Assembly: GCF_000143415.4 (NCBI RefSeq)
Contig: NW_003314311.1
Location: 1,000,769-1,064,768 of the forward strand
DNA: 64,000 nucleotides
DNA from: Selaginella moellendorffii
Taxonomy: Eukaryota > Plantae > Lycopodiophyta
Direction: 5' to 3'
How positions within the stretch are numbered: position 1 is the stretch's first letter; each line of letters begins with the position of its first letter. Positions 61,818 to 64,000 of this stretch are shown piece after piece. The translations under genes and the position numbers were made by a program. The notes under the pieces were generated by a model. The model searched no databases. It worked only from the letters and a program-made list of their open reading frames with translations, and was not told where the DNA came from.

Positions 61818-63701
61818 TCACGACATGACGTGTGGAATTTTCTTTCTCTCTTTTGCCGAATACAGATTTGCTAGCAACACATAAGCGGAACCATTCGATG
61901 GGTCCAAGCCCAAGACGTTTTGACTCGCAAAACTTCCTCGCTTCTCATCCCTGTGACTCTTACAGGCTCCTAATAGACACGTCCAGTCTAAATTCTCGGC
62001 CGCAAATGGCATGGTGGCTATGAGTTCTTCAGCCTCGCTCAAGTAACCAGCTCGACTGAGCAATCCCAGCAAGCAGCTGTAATGCTGCTTCTTGTGGGCC
62101 ATTTCAAAATCAAAGCAAATCGATCGAAACAAGCTTCTTCCAGAGAACACGTCTCCTTTGTGTGACCACGCCAGGAGCACACACAAAAATGTGACTTCGT
62201 CCGGGGTTTCCACAAGGTTCATCTCGTAAAAGAGCTGGATCGCTTCCCTTGACTCTACATTTTGTGCGAAGCCACCAATAATCGAGTTCCAAAGGATTGC
62301 ATCTTGGCTTAGCAAGCCTTGAAATGTCCTTTTGGATCGATCGAGATGACCGTTTTTGGCGTATGCAGTAAGCAAGGCAGTCCATGATATTAGATTTCTG
62401 ATTTCCATTCTATCAAAAATTAGTTTCGCTTCTTTAAGGTAACCATGTTGTGCGAAGCTTGACAGCATTACATTGTAAGAACTTAGGTCTTTTTCTTGCA
62501 TAGAATCAAATAGGCACTTCAATTCCTCCAAATGCCCGGCTTGGGCGTACATATCTAGCATCACATTCCACGAAATTATGGAATGTTCTTCCATTTGATC
62601 AAAGATAAGCTTACTGTGCTTAAGATACCCGTTTTGTGCGTAAGCTGACAACAATGATGTTAACGCGTACAAGTTAATCTCGGGCATTCTCTCAAACAGC
62701 TCCTTTGCTTTCTCCACTTGGCCGTGTTGGGCAAATGCCGCAATCATTGCCGTCCACGTGTACGTGTTGGTTTCTTTCATAGCATAGAATATTCTTTCGG
62801 CATCTTTAGAATGTCCCGATCGCGCGTAAGCTATTAGCATGGCGGTGCACGACACAAGATTCCATTCCGGCATAGAATCGAACATTCTCTTTGCAAAACC
62901 CAGATGCCCGCTTTCGGCATATGTTATCATCATGTCCGTCCACGTATAGATGTTCCGTTCCGGAATGGAATCGAACGTCTTTCTGGCATTCATCAGGTGG
63001 CCATTCTGGCCGTACGCCGACATCATGGCCGTCCACGCTACAGTGTCGTGTTCCGGAATGGAATCGAACAGCTCTTTAGCTTCCTGGAGATTCCCCGCCT
63101 GGGCAAATGCCCAAAACAACGCAGTCCAGGAGACGAGATCGCGCTCCGGCATTGCATCGAACAGAGATTTTGCGCGCGCTAGCCTCCCACCACGCGCGTG
63201 CCAAATCAACACCGTCGTCCAGGCCACTAGATCAGTCTCGGGGAATCGATTGAAGAGCTCCTGGGCCTCGTCCAAGAGCCCCAATCGCGTCAGGGCGTTG
63301 AGCAGCAGCGTCCAGGAGACAAGGTCCCTTCCGGGCATCGAATCGAAGAATTGCTTGGCATCGTGGATGCTGCCGATCGACGCCAGTGCGCCCAGCATCG
63401 CATTCATCGCAAAGAGCCCCCATTCCTTCATGGCGTTGTAGACCGCCCAGGCTTCTTCCAGGTGCCCATTGCGGGTGTAGGCCGTGAGGATCGAGTCCCA
63501 GGAGAATTTGTCCCTGCTCTTCATCGCATCGAAGATCAATCGGGCTTGCTGGGCGCTGCCGCATCGCCCATAGGCCTGGATCATCACATTGCAGGTGTAG
63601 CAATCGACGTCCAGGCCGTCGCGACGGATCTGGGCGTGAATTTGATGAGCTTCGGCCAGGGAATTGCAAGACCTAAGCCGCTGGATCAAGGAACCTCCCA
63701 T
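61818..63701 (-). CDS. PLS-class PPR protein with E domain (627 aa), intact
   Basis: About 15 consecutive ~31-aa repeats, PDEVTFLCVL, HYSCLLGLLSRAG, WTCLLGACKSH, AYVLLANLY. Confidence 0.95.
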   Translation of the reverse strand: MGGSLIQRLRSCNSLAEAHQIHAQIRRDGLDVDCYTCNVMIQAYGRCGSAQQARLIFDAMKSRDKFSWDSILTAYTRNGHLEEAWAVYNAMKEWGLFAMNAMLGALASIGSIHDAKQFFDSMPGRDLVSWTLLLNALTRLGLLDEAQELFNRFPETDLVAWTTVLIWHARGGRLARAKSLFDAMPERDLVSWTALFWAFAQAGNLQEAKELFDSIPEHDTVAWTAMMSAYGQNGHLMNARKTFDSIPERNIYTWTDMMITYAESGHLGFAKRMFDSMPEWNLVSCTAMLIAYARSGHSKDAERIFYAMKETNTYTWTAMIAAFAQHGQVEKAKELFERMPEINLYALTSLLSAYAQNGYLKHSKLIFDQMEEHSIISWNVMLDMYAQAGHLEELKCLFDSMQEKDLSSYNVMLSSFAQHGYLKEAKLIFDRMEIRNLISWTALLTAYAKNGHLDRSKRTFQGLLSQDAILWNSIIGGFAQNVESREAIQLFYEMNLVETPDEVTFLCVLLAWSHKGDVFSGRSLFRSICFDFEMAHKKQHYSCLLGLLSRAGYLSEAEELIATMPFAAENLDWTCLLGACKSHRDEKRGSFASQNVLGLDPSNGSAYVLLANLYSAKERKKIPHVMS

Positions 63702-63787
63702 GAACGACGGTTGAATATGCCTAGAAGATTCTCTCGGGGCATATACTATTTTTCCCTTGGAAGAAATTTTAGGGTTCCTTAGAGAAA

Positions 63788-64000
63788 ATGAGAGAAACGC
63801 GTTACTCCAGAGTCCCGACGAGCGAGGGATTGAGCCGATCGCAGGGCGGGAGGAGAAATTTTGATGATTATGGCCCTGCTGGCGAGGATCTGCGGTTTAG
63901 GTATGATATCCCCGATCAAGTGCCTTGGAAATCGATCCTGCTAGCAATCGGCTTGCTGCTCTGTGGGACAATTTTCATCGTAATCTCGCATCTGATATTC
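63788..64000 (+). CDS. TMEM230/DUF872-like small membrane protein, 5' part (runs off the window)
   Basis: MRETRYSRVP...DLRFRYDIPDQVPWKSILLAIGLLLCGTIFIVISHLIF; PWKSI followed by a hydrophobic helix is typical of this family. Confidence 0.75.
   Translation, partial: MRETRYSRVPTSEGLSRSQGGRRNFDDYGPAGEDLRFRYDIPDQVPWKSILLAIGLLLCGTIFIVISHLIF

Overview
Gene-dense plant nuclear DNA with very short (about 46-60 nt) introns and many PLS-type PPR genes. These traits suggest a lycophyte such as Selaginella, which is an inference. Bases 1-26.5 kb hold tightly packed genes: a broken PPR, a UDP-glycosyltransferase, a PLS-E PPR, an unrecognised membrane protein of about 650 aa, an NPF3-like transporter, AMP deaminase, a DYW-type PPR editing factor and the Pol theta homologue TEBICHI. 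Bases 27-45 kb are a locally rearranged patchwork: a tandem-duplicated methylesterase/PPR unit, two inverted F-box genes, and degraded copies of the neighbouring TEB, DYW-PPR and PPR genes. These copies carry microhomology-flanked deletions, an inversion and a templated insertion. Bases 45-61 kb are dominated by four degenerate copies of one Ty3/gypsy family, one of them full length with LTRs, a tRNA-Ala-like PBS, a PPT and a 4-bp TSD; this region also holds a His/Pro-rich membrane-protein gene. The window ends with an intact PLS-E PPR gene head-to-head with a TMEM230-like gene. All calls come from reading the sequence by eye; no database searches were run.
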